From Octopus vulgaris (taxonomy: Eukaryota): a stretch of 64,000 nucleotides of DNA. The stretch's first letter is position 1; each line of letters begins with the position of its first letter. Below the pieces are notes generated by a model, which was given only the letters and a program-made list of their open reading frames with translations, was not told the origin of the DNA and did not search any database. The DNA lies in assembly GCA_951406725.2 (NCBI GenBank), contig OX597815.1, positions 44,516,001 to 44,580,000 of the forward strand, written 5' to 3'. Positions 13,140 through 27,416 of the stretch are shown piece by piece. The position numbers were made by a program, and so were the translations under genes.

Positions 13140-13960
13140 TGTCCATTGAGTTTAACGTCAAAATGAACAGAAGTACAGAGAGATTATCTCTCTGGAATAT
13201 TCCCTTTGAAATATTTATGGTATTGGAGATGATCATTCCACTCTCGTTTCTAAGTGTGAGGATTTTAGCCCAGGTCTTTGTGAGCCTCTCAATGGCAGCA
13301 ATTAAGGTAGCAAGCACTTTTGCCAAATGGAGATATTTTAGCAACCTTCATTGAGGAATAGAGTCAAATGCTTTCCTATAATCAAGCCATATTCTTGTAA
13401 GGCTCCCACGATGTTATTTATTTTTTTTTTACCTCAGACAGTACAGCTTAAATTTTCAGTAGTTGCTCGGCACATCCTCACTCTTCTTTCCACCGGCCTG
13501 TTCATCAGTCACTATTTTGATGGCTTCACAATGATCACGGAGGAACTGGTTTAGGCAGCTTGTGTACAGTTTATACATAATATTTAAGCAAGCAATGGAC
13601 CTGTAGTTTTCAGGCAGCTCGGTGGTTTCACTCTCGACCAATTTCATATGTCAATCTGACCTTTCATAGTACTTTTGAATACACTTATTAGTGGTTTCCT
13701 GTAAAATGTCAGCCCATTACGCCAGTGTCCAACTATTAGGCTCCTTCCAGGTGCCTTTCCATTATGCAGTTTGCCTACAACTATGGTCAAAATTTCCGGA
13801 TCAGTTGCATACGTTTTGCTATTGTTGTTGGTACAGCATTTAGCCACAATGCATTGAGGTTGAGATTCCTCTTTCCGTTCGAGATTTTCAACCAGAATGA
13901 TTCAAGATCTTCTTAAGAGGGGGCTTTCTTAACGATAATATTTTCGTTCCTCATCTTTCT
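13140..13960 (-). pseudogene. R4/Dong-clade non-LTR reverse transcriptase fragment
   Basis: Frameshifted motifs KLHNGKAPG, NYRSIACLNIMYKLYTSCL, EQAGGK, KGIFQRDNLSVLLF (the GIFQGDSLSPLLF motif). Confidence 0.85.
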
Positions 13961-13967
13961 GTATGTA

Positions 13968-14464
13968 CCGTAAATTCTCGAGTATAATCCGCATTTTTTC
14001 CCCAAAATTTAAAGGTCAAAATCCCTAGTGCGTATTATATACAAGGTTAAAAATGAAAATTATTTTCTAAGCAATGTCCGAGTCTCTATTTGCTGTCCGG
14101 TAATGTTTATTCAGATGCATTTTGTGATGTCGGGTGCGAAAATGTCTGAAAGCAATGAAGTCATAAAAGAATCATCCATAACTTGCAGTAAGCAACGTTT
14201 ATTAAGCGTTTTAACTGTTATTTCTTTATTTTCTGCAAACAAGCACAAAAAAGCTACACGTTTGCATTATGTTATATATACAATAATAATAAAGGACGTT
14301 ACCGTATACATTTTTACAAACCAAGGACGTTATATAGACCTCCTTGACTCAAGTTAGAGAAGGGGTGCATATTATACACAAGGTTTAGGTTTTTCAAAGA
14401 TACAGCCCCCTAAAAATCCCCTGCGTATTATACTCAAAGGCGGACTATACTCGAGGATTTACGG
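13968..14464. mobile_element. pogo/Tc2-like MITE
   Basis: TA|ccgtaaattctcgagtataatccgc ... gcggactatactcgaggatttacgg|TA; subterminal gcgtattatatac repeats. Confidence 0.85.
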
Positions 14465-15116
14465 TATGTATGTATGTATGTATGTATGTATGCATGTATG
14501 TATGTATGTATGTACGATATATGCATGACTGCAACGGTGATTTTCGGCTCCAGCTCGCAAAAATTTGTAAAAGAAAACCATTTCCGAATCTTCTGACCAG
14601 ATTTCAGCATTTTCAAAACTGAACCATTAACAGCAACTATTTATAAAACAAATATTTATAAAGCCATTAGAAAGCAAAAATGTACATGACATGTGTGTTA
14701 TCAATCACTATAAATAACATTCACAAGGTTTAGCATATTAAATATGCTGATAATATCACCACAGTCCTCTACTGCTACATCTAAGAAGTGTCACTCAGTA
14801 AAGACAGTCATTATTGAACAGAAGAATTAGTGCAAAGCTTCCTGAGAAGTACAGTCAACCGGAAATTTGATATTTATATTTACATATAAATTAAAGACTA
14901 AGATTTAAATACAAATGCTATAGGTCATTAATGTTTACAATGTCTTACATCATTTATGTGTATATATATATGTGTGTGTGTGTGCATGCGTGTGTATATA
15001 TATATATAAACAGAGAGAGTGAGAAAGATAATTGATACATATAAATATGTAAGTACATATATAAATACACATACACACACAGATATATATATATTTATAT
15101 ATATATATATTGAGAG

Positions 15117-15168
15117 ATAGAGAGAGAGACAGACAGACAGACAGAGAGAGAGAGACAGAGACAGAGAC

Positions 15169-15232
<64 letters not shown>
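15117..15232. repeat. (GA)/(GACA)/(GATA)n microsatellite
   Basis: Directly visible. Confidence 0.95.
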
Positions 15233-15233
<1 letters not shown>

Positions 15234-16057
15234 CAGTATATTCGGAAAAATGCATATGTATACACGCGTATGTGTATGTGTGTGTGTCTGTATTTGTGTG
15301 TCCCTGTATATGCGCGGGCGCATTCACTTACAATTTAATTTTAGCTGCTACCACATAAACATTTACCACTCCATAGTAGACAGTAATTTCACACACAAAT
15401 ACATGCTAGCACACTCACATACACACATATACAAATACACACGCATACAAACACGCACAGATAGATACACATACACACGTGTATTTCAGCATATATTTGT
15501 GCATACATTATTGCATCTGTATATGGATTTGTAACTGCGTTTTGCTTGTAGATATACATATAAACACATATATGTATGTGGTTTTACTTGTGAAAACATA
15601 GCAATTGCAATTTAAATCAGTCACAAACTAAAAAAAAACTCGTTCTTATCTGAAATGACTTAGTCACTTTGTATTCATTTTGTCTTTTCTAATACACACT
15701 GTGCAATAAAACAAACATAATATGCAAATCAGTCTAGCCATTTCATGCTTAAATAGCAGTTCTATAAATCTTTCTTTGTTGGCAGAAGAGTGAAGAGCAT
15801 CTATTCTTTAGATAGTAGTCAACCAGCCATAAAGCATGTGACTGCGTGTAAAGAAATTAAGAACTTTGCTTCCCAACTCCATGGTTCCGAGGGTCTTCAT
15901 TATAGCATTAACCCCAACCAAAACTTTGAGAATGAATTTGGAAGACGAAAATCGAAAGTAGCCTGTTTACATACATACATACATACATACAGACACACGC
16001 ACACACGTATGCACACACACATATGTTTATGCATGTGTGTGTGGCTAACTATGCCGC

Positions 16058-16059
<2 letters not shown>

Positions 16060-16095
<36 letters not shown>

Positions 16096-16096
16096 C

Positions 16097-16160
<64 letters not shown>
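16060..16160. repeat. (TGA)n-(TAA)n microsatellite
   Basis: Directly visible. Confidence 0.95.
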
Positions 16161-16162
<2 letters not shown>

Positions 16163-16520
16163 GTAAATAAAATGGCAACTGTTTCGGTGCGTGACTTTAT
16201 AGAAAATGGTTAGCATTCAGTGTGGCTGGACTGAGAAAGACGTCCAACCTTGGTTGTGAATGCCTCGATATTATGTGTTAAATGAAGACTGAAATGTTAC
16301 ACCCACCAAGCATTATACTTAACTCGTAAAGAGAACCAGAATCCAAAGCTAAGGACAACTGAAAGACGAGCATTTCCAGACAGAACCTAATTTTTATTCC
16401 CGTCTGTTAAGTAAACTAAGGCAATATAGAATAAGTATTTAATAATTATTTCTTTCTAGAAATACAAAGAAGGCCAACTGCAGGTTTGGACTCATAACTC
16501 ATTGTTCATTGGTCATAATC

Positions 16521-16784
16521 CAAGGATGGGCAACTTTTTCTCAACTGGGTGCCGCATCGTTCTATTTCCAAGTGGGAGAGGGCCGCATGATAAAACACAT
16601 ATGCATGAAATATTACTTTACCCATTTACACTGAATTTTTGCAGTTCTTCTTAATTTTATTTGCCTTACTATGAAATTTTATTTGTCTTAGTATGAAATT
16701 TGTAACCTAGAAAGTCGTCAAGGACCGCAAAGCAACATGTCGAGGGCCGTATACGGCTCGCAGACCGCAGATTGCTTATGCATG
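16521..16784. mobile_element. hAT (Charlie-like) MITE, decayed
   Basis: caaggatgggcaac ... attgcttatgcatg termini; ggccgca subterminal motifs; TSD not preserved. Confidence 0.6.
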
Positions 16785-16822
16785 CTCTAACTTTTACTCG
16801 GTCATGAACTTCTTATATAATA

Positions 16823-17236
16823 ATCTCTATATCTATAAACGGCAAAATGTCCGTGTATCTGTGTGTCTGTGTGTCCTTTATACAAATCCACAGTTTTTCA
16901 GTTTTTCACGTAAAAGGCTCGCATTTTCTATGGGCTTTCAAAACTGTCTGAGGGTAGGCGTGAAGATCTTTTCATTTCCCCAGTCACCCCAGAAAGCCAT
17001 TAAAAATATCGATAAACCGACCCCTTATGCCTAACAGTTGAATGCGCATTTTTGTGTTTTGCGAAGACGCGTTATCATGTGTTTTGGCTTTCAAACGTGT
17101 ACGCTTCTTTGATTTGAGAAATGCAGGGAATAATTAACGAGTTAGACCAAGTGAATGACAAGAGAGCGGGGTTTTCATGAAAGACCAAATATGCTTGACT
17201 AGCACTAGATCCGGCAACGCCGGGTCATAGCGCTTG
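16823..17236 (+). mobile_element. Non-autonomous Helitron
   Basis: A|TCtctatatctataaacggc 5' end with (ctgtgtgt) repeats; 3' hairpin ccggcaacgccgg then CTTG|T (CTAG-like). 5' end is related to 62408-62510. Confidence 0.7.
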
Positions 17237-17790
17237 TAATCTGTTACAATACATCGTACTTATCTCTATATTTATGGTAATTCCTTTAAATACTGGTTGA
17301 TTTGCAGTGTATGTAAAAAGTCGGAGAAAACGCTAAATATTTACTTTCGTTTATGTTTTGATTTCCAATTCAACCCTTATTCACTTTGCTTTTCCTCTTT
17401 CCAGGGTCGAAAAAATAAGTACCATTCAAGAACTATACCAACCCACAGAATGAGAGACCTTGTGCTTACCTTAGATATCAACGCAACTGCCAGGCATAAA
17501 GTTGTTACATAACAACTAAAAGGTTGCTGTACAATAAAATTCGTATTTATTCAATACTTTGAACAATTCATGGACAAACTGCTGCCCGTGGAACTTTCTG
17601 AATGGCACGCCAACGAAAAATTACTATTTTTGCTTTAGTAAGGCTGTTCGCCTCATGATGAGTTATGTCACAGGCAGCCCAATTCTCGAAAAAAATTATT
17701 TTAGTCAACCTCGGAAGCACGAGAAGAAAATTTAACTTCAAGAAGTTTTGCTCGCCCCCCCCCCCCTATCGTGCTGACGTAACTAATTAT

Positions 17791-17923
17791 TTTCTACTCT
17801 AGGCACAAAGTCCGACATTTTGTGGGAGGGCGGCCAGTCGATTAGATCGACCCCAGAACGCAACTGGTACTTAATTTATGGACCCCGAAAGGATAAAAGG
17901 CAAAGTCAACCTCGGCAGAAGGG
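17791..17923 (-). mobile_element. 5'-truncated SINE family A with 15-bp TSD
   Basis: TSD gacgtaactaattat at 17776-17790 and 17924-17938. Confidence 0.88.
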
Positions 17924-18049
17924 GACGTAACTAATTATCACAAAGCATTTGACACGGAGCTGTACTGATCCGGGTTACAATACTGATTTTATTCTATAAT
18001 TTATAAATGTTCAGACTACGTTGTTTAGTCATATTAGGGGTGGCATTAT

Positions 18050-18218
<169 letters not shown>

Positions 18219-19249
18219 GACAACAGTTACCGGAGGAAGTTGTAGCAATGCTGTTTTCAGAAACAGCTGTAAAGTAGTCATCTATAATTTCAAAATCATG
18301 TGGTTTCCCTTCTGAAGTTTGACAGTAATTTCAGCCAATCAAATCAATCACTGATAAGTAAATACTATTATCTACTATTTATGTCTAGTTTATTTTAATT
18401 ATACGTGGTATGATCCCTGTAATTAACTGTTATAGGAAAAAAATCTCTTCTATTAAAGTTAAGCTGAGTAACTTACATGAAAGATTAAAGAATGTAAACA
18501 GAGCATACACATGTATTTAGTTTTTATGCACAGTATAAAGTTCTTAAAATTTCCAGTCGTTGACAGTCACGTATAATGCTATTTCATTCTTCTTTTGAAT
18601 CATCAGCTTGACATAACTTGAGACAAATAATTAAGCTAAATTCAACATTCAACGAAACTAGACATTCCTTTTAAAAAGAAAATAGTTTCTGATTTAAAAA
18701 GCATAATTGATTTTTTTCCCTCTGAGATCGTTAATTGTTCAGTAATGAGAGAGAGAGAGAAAGAGCGATAGAGATAGACAGATAGATAGGTAGGTAGGTA
18801 GGTAGAGAGAGAAAGAGAGAGAGAGAGGAATTTCTTACATGCAGCTTAATATTTCTAGGACAAGCCTGCCTTGCATAAATGCTCTTTATGTAGCTACAGT
18901 CAACGTTGTCTTTACCAACAAGATTCACAAGCCCATATTAGTATAATCTTTCCTGATATTATAGTTTCTATCAACTTACCACTCCTCTCTTCTGTTAATT
19001 ATTGAATTTCTCGTATTTGTTAGTAATAGGTCGCAAAATTTCTTTACAGAGACGTAAAATCTCAGACCGTGCGGGAAAGGATCAGTGAATGATATCGATC
19101 TTAGCAGGTGCTTGGTACTTTATTTTATCGACCAGGAAGGATGAGAGCAAAGTTGATCCCGAACGTAAAAAGTCTGGACTAAAAACCGGACAAACAGCTC
19201 CACCACCTGTCACTTGAATTGATCCATTACATGAATGGGTATTTATCTA

Positions 19250-19322
19250 TTCATCCATCCATCCATCCATCCATCCATCCATCCATCCATCCATCCATCC
19301 ATCCATCCATCCATCCATCCAT
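19250..19322. repeat. (ATCC)n microsatellite
   Basis: Directly visible. Confidence 0.95.
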
Positions 19323-19457
19323 ACACCTACTTTTTCAGTTAATTTATTCATTTTACTTATATATTTTACATTTATAAATGTCTATAGTTAACAGGGAAGA
19401 TGCTATCAGAATTACTAGAATGCCGGATAAAATGTCTGGTTGTATTTTGTTATGAAA

Positions 19458-19745
19458 GTGCATGACCTGGTGGTTAGGGTGTTGCACTCGATCAATAGCA
19501 CGTGATGATTTCGATTCCTAGAACGGGCGGTGCATTGTGTTCTTGAGTAAAACACTTCATTTCACGTCGCTCTGCGATCATTTCAACATCTGAGGTGTGT
19601 CACACTTGTGCAGCTGTACAGGTAATATCGATTTGATGGGGGAAATGGACTTATGTGAACATCAAACATTTGATCGTTATAAGCAAATCATCAGTGTTCG
19701 GTAAGACATGGTAGAGCCCACACCCGTCGTCTGACGGTGGGAGAG
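19458..19745 (+). mobile_element. Decayed tRNA-derived SINE (head shared with the V-domain family)
   Basis: tggtggttagggtgttgcactc...ttcgattcc...tgtgttcttgagtaaaacacttcatttcacg. Confidence 0.7.
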
Positions 19746-19788
19746 CTCATAGTTTTTTTCATATTATATTTTAATTTTACAGTATAAA

Positions 19789-20001
19789 GGCGGCGAGCTG
19801 GCAGAATCGTTAGCACGCCGGTATTTCGGCTGCCGTTACGTTCTGAGTTCAAATTCCGCCCGAGGTCGACTTTGCCTTTCATTCTTTCGGGGTCGATAAA
19901 TTAAGTACCAGTTACGCACTGGGGTCGATGTAATCGACTTAAGCCCTTTGTTTGTCCTTGTTTGTCCCCTCTGTGTTTAGACCCCTGGGCAATAAAGAAA
20001 T
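19789..20001 (+). mobile_element. SINE family A
   Basis: Near-identical to 9350-9581 with a small internal deletion. Confidence 0.9.
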
Positions 20002-21154
20002 ATATATTTTATTTTTACAATATGAGGTCACATTACCCCGGATCAACATTATCGCATTCTCCTGCAGTCGATAAGTCCCAGTTTAAAACTAAAGTAACAT
20101 TGTCAGAAATTTGAGTCGCTGTGCCCTTGCCAAAGTAAAAATGTAAAAATATTGCGTTATTGTTTTAAAATTTTGCAACAGAGAGCGAGAGAGATTAGAT
20201 TAGATCGACTCTGTACTTGACTGATACTTTATTTATCGAGCCCAGAAGGACGAAAAGCAAAGTTGTCCTCCGCGTGAATTGAACTTAGGATGCAGAGAAC
20301 TGAAACCAATGTTGTATGGAATTCTATCAGACGCTTTAACGACTGTTCTTATTCGATGACATTTTAGTTAATTACCATATATGAAATATTATATAACGAG
20401 GCGTGCTAAGATCGCTATGGTGTGAATCGACTGTGTTTATTTGGAGAGAGAGCAATACACATATCTTATTTAGAGACGGCTTGACTTTAACTCTCACCAA
20501 CCAGACAAAAACAGGCGGGCTCCGAGTGATGACGTCAAGTCTGCTTTCTTGGAATAAACATAGTTACTGTTCGAAATGCTAACGCGTATACGAGGAAAAT
20601 AATACTCCCTATGTTTTGTAATATATTTCACATAAGGGAGAGATAAGATCTTCGTTGATTATTAAAATTTAGTCCGAAAATGATGACGATAGTAGTTTCG
20701 CTGCGAAAGACGGTTCTGAAATTTTTGCTTAACAACTTGCACAAATGATTTGTTTATAATAATCAACTGCATGCGCGACACATTAATTAGCTCGCTCCCG
20801 CCAACAAATCGACGTTGCCTGAACAGATACACAGTATACCATACGTAAGGTGTCGAAGTGATTGCAGAGCAGCATGAAAGGAAATGTTTTGCTCCAGAAC
20901 ACAACTCACTATCCAGTTGTCCAGAAACTAAAATCACAATCTTGCGATCGTTTGTGCAACACCCTAACCATTAGGCCATACGTCCTCGACTGTCCACAAG
21001 TAAAAACCTTATATGAGAGTAGCTAACAATAATGAATATTTAATATATCTTTATATTTAGAAAGCATTTATTATACAATTTTTGGTATGGTGTAGAGATA
21101 GCTCATAACTAACTGTTATTGTAGACGAGATAAAAATAAATATATTCTTTTCTT

Positions 21155-21355
21155 CTTTTCTCTGTTTCAGTAATTTGACTGCGGCCATACTGGAACACAG
21201 CCTTTAGTCGAACAAATCGGCCCCAAGATCTATTCTTTGTAAACCTAGTACTTATTCTGTCGGTCTCTTTTGCCGAACCGCTAAGTTACGGGGACATAAA
21301 CACACCAACATCGGTAGTAAAGTGATAGTAGGGAGGGGTGGAACAAACACCCCCC

Positions 21356-21408
<53 letters not shown>

Positions 21409-21565
21409 GGCGGGTTTCTTTCAGTTTCTGTCTACCAAATTCACTCACAAGGCTTTGGTCGGCCCGAGGCTATAGCAGAAGACACTTGCCCAAGATGCCA
21501 CGCAGTGGGACTGAACCCGGAAACATGTGGTTGGGAAGCAGGCTTCTTACCACACAGCCACGCCT
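21155..21565 (-). mobile_element. SINE family B, full length
   Basis: Reverse complement of 59671-60068 with an internal (CA)(TA)n tract. Confidence 0.9.
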
Positions 21566-21644
21566 ACAAATTTTAAAATGATATTTTTGATTTTCGATAT
21601 TGGTGTAATATTGTTATTGCTACTCATGTTGGTATTGTTTAGAC

Positions 21645-21986
21645 TAGGCATGGGCGTCCTTTTCCTAGAAACGAGTGATGATATATGTAGATAATGAAAA
21701 GGTAAAGACCCCCCCCTTCGGTTATAGATGACCCTGGGATTGCACCTAGAAAGTTACCCTCCGATGTACAAGTCCGGATAAGGTTGTTTATCGAAGACCA
21801 GCAGTCGCCCATGCATTACAGCCTCCCGTCTCCACACCACCGATGTTATCCAAGGGAAAGGCAAGACGTCGCAACTCATTTCTACAGCCGAGTGAACTAG
21901 AGCAACGTGAAATAAAGTGCCTTACTCAAGAACACAACACAGAGCCCAGTCCATGGTTGTGAAGCCGACACTCAAACCACTGAGTA

Positions 21987-22057
<71 letters not shown>

Positions 22058-22287
22058 TACTGAGTGACTGTGAACTAGGAACTACAGAAACAAAGATCAT
22101 ACGTGTGGAATGCTTAATATGACGTTATTTGCTCAGATACATAAATACTAAGGTTGACAAACCAACGACGGCCACAAGAGACGTAGTTTATTATCAAGCA
22201 GATGCACTACTAAAAGAAATTCAAGACAATTTTTGGTTAGGTCTTATTGTTCAGAAAGTTCCTTGGACCGCAGTTTGTCTATAACTT
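21645..22287. mobile_element. hAT MITE with 8-bp TSD, expanded by nested insertions
   Basis: TSD gtttagac at 21637-21644 and 22288-22295; both ends match the 143-bp MITE at 39701-39843. Confidence 0.75.
21702..21985 (-). mobile_element. tRNA-derived SINE with Deu/Nin-like domain
   Basis: Shares gtgttcttgagtaaggcactttatttcacgttgctc with the other SINE heads; body ggtgtggaga...gcatgggcgactgctgg...caaccttatccggacttgt. Domain call from recall. Confidence 0.65.
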
Positions 22288-22632
22288 GTTTAGACTCCGG
22301 TTAATCCTGACTGAGCAGGTATTTCATAAGAGATGTTTCAGTAATGACTAGAAGCTTATTCATAAATAACGTGAATTTGAAACTACACTAATATGCCCAC
22401 TCCGTTTTCAACGCAGTAAAATGGAAGTAGAAGGTCATTTGACTTCTATTTCTCTCGCATCGCATGACCACGTAAAGGATCCCTCGTAATACCAGATGCG
22501 AGGTTTTTTTGTCTTCATGTCTCATTTTACAAAATAGATCTTAGCGGGAATTTAGGGGTAAACCGCTGGACATACCATAACTCGTTCCAGTGTTGGTTTA
22601 TATAATTTTTGATATGCGTAAAACTTGTTATA

Positions 22633-22800
22633 CGAGGGCTACTGAAAAGTTCGTTCCTGGCTTTCGGTAAAAGAAAATACAGCAGAATCAGTTAATTGTG
22701 ACTTTATTCAACGTATTCTCCTCTCATATTCACACGCTTATTGCAGCGGTCCTTCGATTTTTCTAAGCCCTATAAAAAAGCTCGGAAATTTGAGCCTCCT
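22633..22800. mobile_element. Mariner end fragment
   Basis: TA|cgagggctactgaaaagttc resembles a mariner TIR; no partner end found. Confidence 0.5.
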
Positions 22801-23102
22801 CCAACGAGACCTTTTGTGACACTCTTAAAACTAGGTAGTTTCATTACCCCTTGTATTTTCTATGCAGTTGCAGTTAATCATTTTCTCTTGATTTCTTTCC
22901 GTATGTTTGTAAATGTGCATAATCATCCCAATATCGATTGCATCGAAAGCAGTTACTAAGCCACCCTTTTTTTATTATTTTTTCTGGTATATGGCGAAAT
23001 AAATTAATATTTCGCAAACCATGGGTGATCACGAGTTTTTCGTAGATGTGTGTACGCGTACTTGTGTCTGAGAGTTTGTGCGTGTGTGCGCGCGCGTGTA
23101 TG

Positions 23103-23156
<54 letters not shown>

Positions 23157-23982
23157 AACATACATACATACATACATACATGTTTACATACAGGTATGGA
23201 TAAATAACAGGCACAGAGTTAATAAATAAAACACAAAGAACTATTTTAATACATTAGAGAAGGAACGATAAAAAAATGAAAGATAAGAGAATACAAAGGA
23301 TAAAGAAATAAGAATAAATGATTTTTAAAAAAAGCAAACAGAAGATATATTGATAGAAAAGACACAGAATATAAAAAAAATATATGCAATGGGATACCAA
23401 AAATAAAGAGAAAATAACAGGAAGAAAGTGGTAGGAGGTGAATGCAAATAAGACACAGCAAGGAATTAAGAAAAAGAATTTAATGGCGTATGTAATGACG
23501 AATGTAATGTTGAAAACTCCTTTTGATGTATGTACGTATATGACTGTCAGCGCGAAAAATGACAAAATGGGAGTAAAACAGTAGATTGATTGTATAAGGG
23601 AAGTTATTGTAATTGAAAGGCAACTTGTGAGAATTCTATATGTAATTAATAACCTGAACAAATTTTACAATTTTCATTTATATAGGCGTTTATCTATATC
23701 GACACACCTACTGTAACCATAAACAAAATAGCATAAATATTACTAAAATACTACACATCTATCACATACTTATTGTGTTATGCTATAGGTAGATATTCTT
23801 TATCTTCTTTGTTACGGTTGTTCTTGTTTTATCGCTTCCGTTTCACTTGCTTTCATATGTTTCTTTGATTTTAATGTTTTCACATGAAGGTTCTAAAATA
23901 AAGTAGTAAAATTGCCATATAAATTTTGGTTATGTAGGTGTGCATATATAAACATGTACATACGTACGTCTCTCAATATATA

Positions 23983-25566
23983 CAGTATCTCCCTGAAGTA
24001 TGTATACCCCTAAAAACTTTCAGTAAGATTGCCGAATGATGTCGAAAGCGATCAAACGAAATTTATACTGACTAAAATATAGTATAAAAGCAAAGATTAT
24101 ACAAATTTGGAACAAAAAACAACAAACATTTTCAAAAATATGAATGAAATATTAATTTTTGAAACGTTACAAAAATATGTGCAGCCTAAAGAAAATTTGC
24201 TATATTCGATATTTTATTCACATTTTTCAGATATTGCTGATAATTTCAATTCTAATAAATTATTTCTTCTGGTATTTTTGCACCGGTCATTGTTATTGCA
24301 TCTGTAGGAATTCTGATTTGTGTACTGTGGTGAAAATCTTGTTCATTGTGATTAAAATGGCACCAAAAGGAAATGAATTGTCTAAAGATTTGAAGAAAAT
24401 TATTTTTAAATTGCACAAGAATGGTTTAGAACACAAGTTAATTAGCAGATGAATACGTATTAGCGTAAACACAGTTTCCAAAGCAATTCAGAAGTACAAA
24501 GCTGCTGGATGGCTAAGGAATAGACATTGTCCAGGTCATCCTTCTGTTTTAACTGCGGCTGATATTCGCCACATCCAACGTTGCGTGATGGACCTCATGT
24601 GTCGTACCGCTTCATCTTTGGCCCAAGAAGTGTCTTCTGTTAGTGGAAAGAGTGTATCCGCCCAAACAGCTCGCCGAAGTTTGAACCAGTATGCTCTTCA
24701 TGGACGCATTCCCAGTAGGAAACTTCTCCTCACTACTAGGCATAAGTCAAGTCATCTTTCTTTTACCAAAACCTATGTAAGTAAGGGGAAGGAGTTTTGG
24801 AATAAAATTATTTTTTCTGACGATACTAAAATCAACTTGTTTGGTTCAGATGGTATTAAACAAGTAGTGAAGATAACAGGGACAAATGCACCGCGCCTAC
24901 TGTGAAAAACGGCAGCGGAAGTGTTATGTTTTGGGGATACATGAGTGTGGGAGGACTCACATTTATTGAGAGAACAATGGATTCAAGCTTTTATTGTGGC
25001 ATGTTGCAGAAAACAATGCTGAAAAGCAGCAAGCAACTAGGAAGACATTCCAAGTTTCAACATGTTAATGACCCTAATCACACTTCAAAGATGACGACTA
25101 ACTTTTTATCAGATGTCACATGATTTAAACCCAATAGAACATCTGTGGGGTGTTTTGAAAAGGAAGATTGATGAGAAAAACCCACGCAATGTAATACAGT
25201 TGAAATACATCATTCAGGATGAATAGAGGTAGATTTCATTGGTTATATGTGGAAATTTAGTCGAATCTATGCCCAGAAGACTTAATGCAATTATTGAAAG
25301 CAAGGGCAGCCACAGCAAGTATTGAATATAGCAAATAATCATTTAGTGTGTACATATTTTTGTATCGATTGAAAATTAATATTTCGTTCATATCTTTCAA
25401 AATATTTTTATGTTTTGTGTTCCAAATTTGTATAATGTTTGCATGTATAATGTTTGCATGTATATTTTATTCAGTATAAATTTCATTTGATTTCCTTTGA
25501 TATTATCAGAGTAATGGCAATTTTACTGAAATTATTCAAGGGTGTACATACTTCTGTGAGATACTG
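23983..25566 (+). mobile_element. Tc1-like transposon, full length, long (~200 bp) IR/DR-type TIRs
   Basis: TA|cagtatctc...agtatgtatacccc and gggtgtacatactt...gagatactg|TA; extended inverted similarity (ttatacaaatttggaaca / tgttccaaatttgtataa). Confidence 0.93.
24357..25325 (+). pseudogene. Tc1 DD34E transposase pseudogene
   Basis: MAPKGNELSKDLKKII; WNKIIFSDDTKINLFGSDG; KNGSGSVMFWG; FQHVNDPNHTS; DLNPIEHLWGVLKRK; LVESMPRRL; several stops and frameshifts. Confidence 0.93.
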
Positions 25567-25570
25567 TATA

Positions 25571-26295
25571 TACGTAAATGTCGAACGATGAAAATGAGTG
25601 CTCAACACCGCATTGGAGGTTATAATTGTTTTATTTGTGAATTAAGGCTACTATTAGTTTCAAGTTAAAAAAATGTAGGAAAACATCGTAGTGTCTTAAC
25701 AATTTTTCTAGCCAATTACATGGAGAAAGGTGTTCGCCTTCATTTTGGAAAACACAGCCTCGTTTAGTTCACGGAGATTCTCGAGAATTCACACGAAGAA
25801 AACAATGAATCAAGGAGCGTTACTCTTCGGTGGCATCTTTCGGATGATTGTCTGCCTTGAATTTAACTTTTGGGTCAATTTGTTTCGTTCAGGAAATGGG
25901 CTATGCTGGTCGTATTATCGTTGCAGATGGTGACTCTTCTTTGAAGTATTTGAGTGTAAAGTATTGCTTGGGTATGCAGACAGAGTAGGTTTGATCCCTA
26001 ATGTTTAGGATGTTATCTGTTGATTGTATAATGTTTAATTTTTCAGTAGTACAGAGTTCACATTTGGTACCGCGTCCTCTATACTTTTTGGCTTTAGCAA
26101 TAATTGTCCATACTAACTGGGATTTGCTTTATTCACCTTCTTTCAATGTCCATATCATATGCCAGATGTTGTGTATACCTTTTCTTGAACGTATTGCCAG
26201 TCATTCCGATATACGTCTTTGCTACACCGTTGTGATCTGTGATCTTGGCCATGTATACGAATTTTTTTCTCGAGACAGTTCTTGGTTTTATATGT
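25571..26295 (-). mobile_element. Penelope-like element 3' fragment: GIY-YIG endonuclease remnant plus pLTR
   Basis: Minus translation FVYMAKITDHNGVAKTYIGMTGNTFKKRYTQH ... WTIIAKAKKYRGRGTKCELCTTEKLNII...LNIRDQ (not in the ORF track); bounded by TA repeats. Confidence 0.88.
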
Positions 26296-26347
26296 AGAAA
26301 GATGAGATTATATATATATATATATATATAATCTCATATTTCTACAT

Positions 26348-26722
26348 GTTTCAGTCATTAGACTGCGGCCATGCTGGGACATCACCTTAGCCGAATGAAT
26401 CAACCCCAATACCTATTTTTTTTAGCCTGGTACTTATTCGCATGATCTCTGTTACCAAACCGCTTGGTCACGGGGACGCAAACACACTGATATCGGTTGT
26501 TAAACGGTGGTGAGTGTACAAACACAGACACAAAGACACACACTCACATAGATATGTATGTATACGACGAGTGTATTTCAGTTTCCGTCTACCAAATCAA
26601 ATCACAAGGCTTTATCGACAAGAAGCTTATAGTGGAAGAAACTTACCCAAAGCACCACGCAGTGGAACTAAATCTGGAACCACGTGGTTGGGAAGCAAGT
26701 GTCTTATCATACAGCTACGCCA
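26348..26722 (-). mobile_element. SINE family B, decayed
   Basis: Similarity to 59671-60068. Confidence 0.85.
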
Positions 26723-27029
26723 TATATGTGTATACATACATATAATGATAACAATAATAATAATATGTACTTACATACATAAGCACATTCATACATACTT
26801 ACATACTTACATACATAAATAATCATAGATCCACACACCAACATGCAGATACGTACAAGTGTGTGCTTTTATTTATGCGTGCATACACACATATCCTATG
26901 TATGAGCATATGTTCTGATATTAAATAGAGAACGCACTCAGCACTCAAGAACTCAAGCAACCCGACTATATATATGTTTATCTGTGAGTATGTGTGTGTG
27001 TATGCATTCACATGTACACACACACATGC

Positions 27030-27209
<180 letters not shown>

Positions 27210-27416
27210 TACAAAATTAGAGAATGGAGAAACATACTTAAATCAATAAAGCATCAACTATCTGATATACAATCCATACTTTAATACACCATTACATAGG
27301 AGTAAAGGCAATATATAAAATGAAATGAGATATACAGTAATAGTAAAAGTAAAGTAAAAAAAAAGATAAAGAGATATAAGTAAAAATTACAACTACAATA
27401 TGCAAATAAATCAAAA

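Noticed and set aside
20400-20590. Long hairpin (actgtgtttatt/aataaacatagt; gcttgac/gtcaagt) ending in GAAA with gcgt/acgc closure
   Set aside because: The 5' core does not read CUGANGA; insufficient to call a ribozyme.
23254-23661. Hydrophobic 135-aa ORF
   Set aside because: Arises from the T-rich strand of an A-rich low-complexity stretch; no domain motifs.
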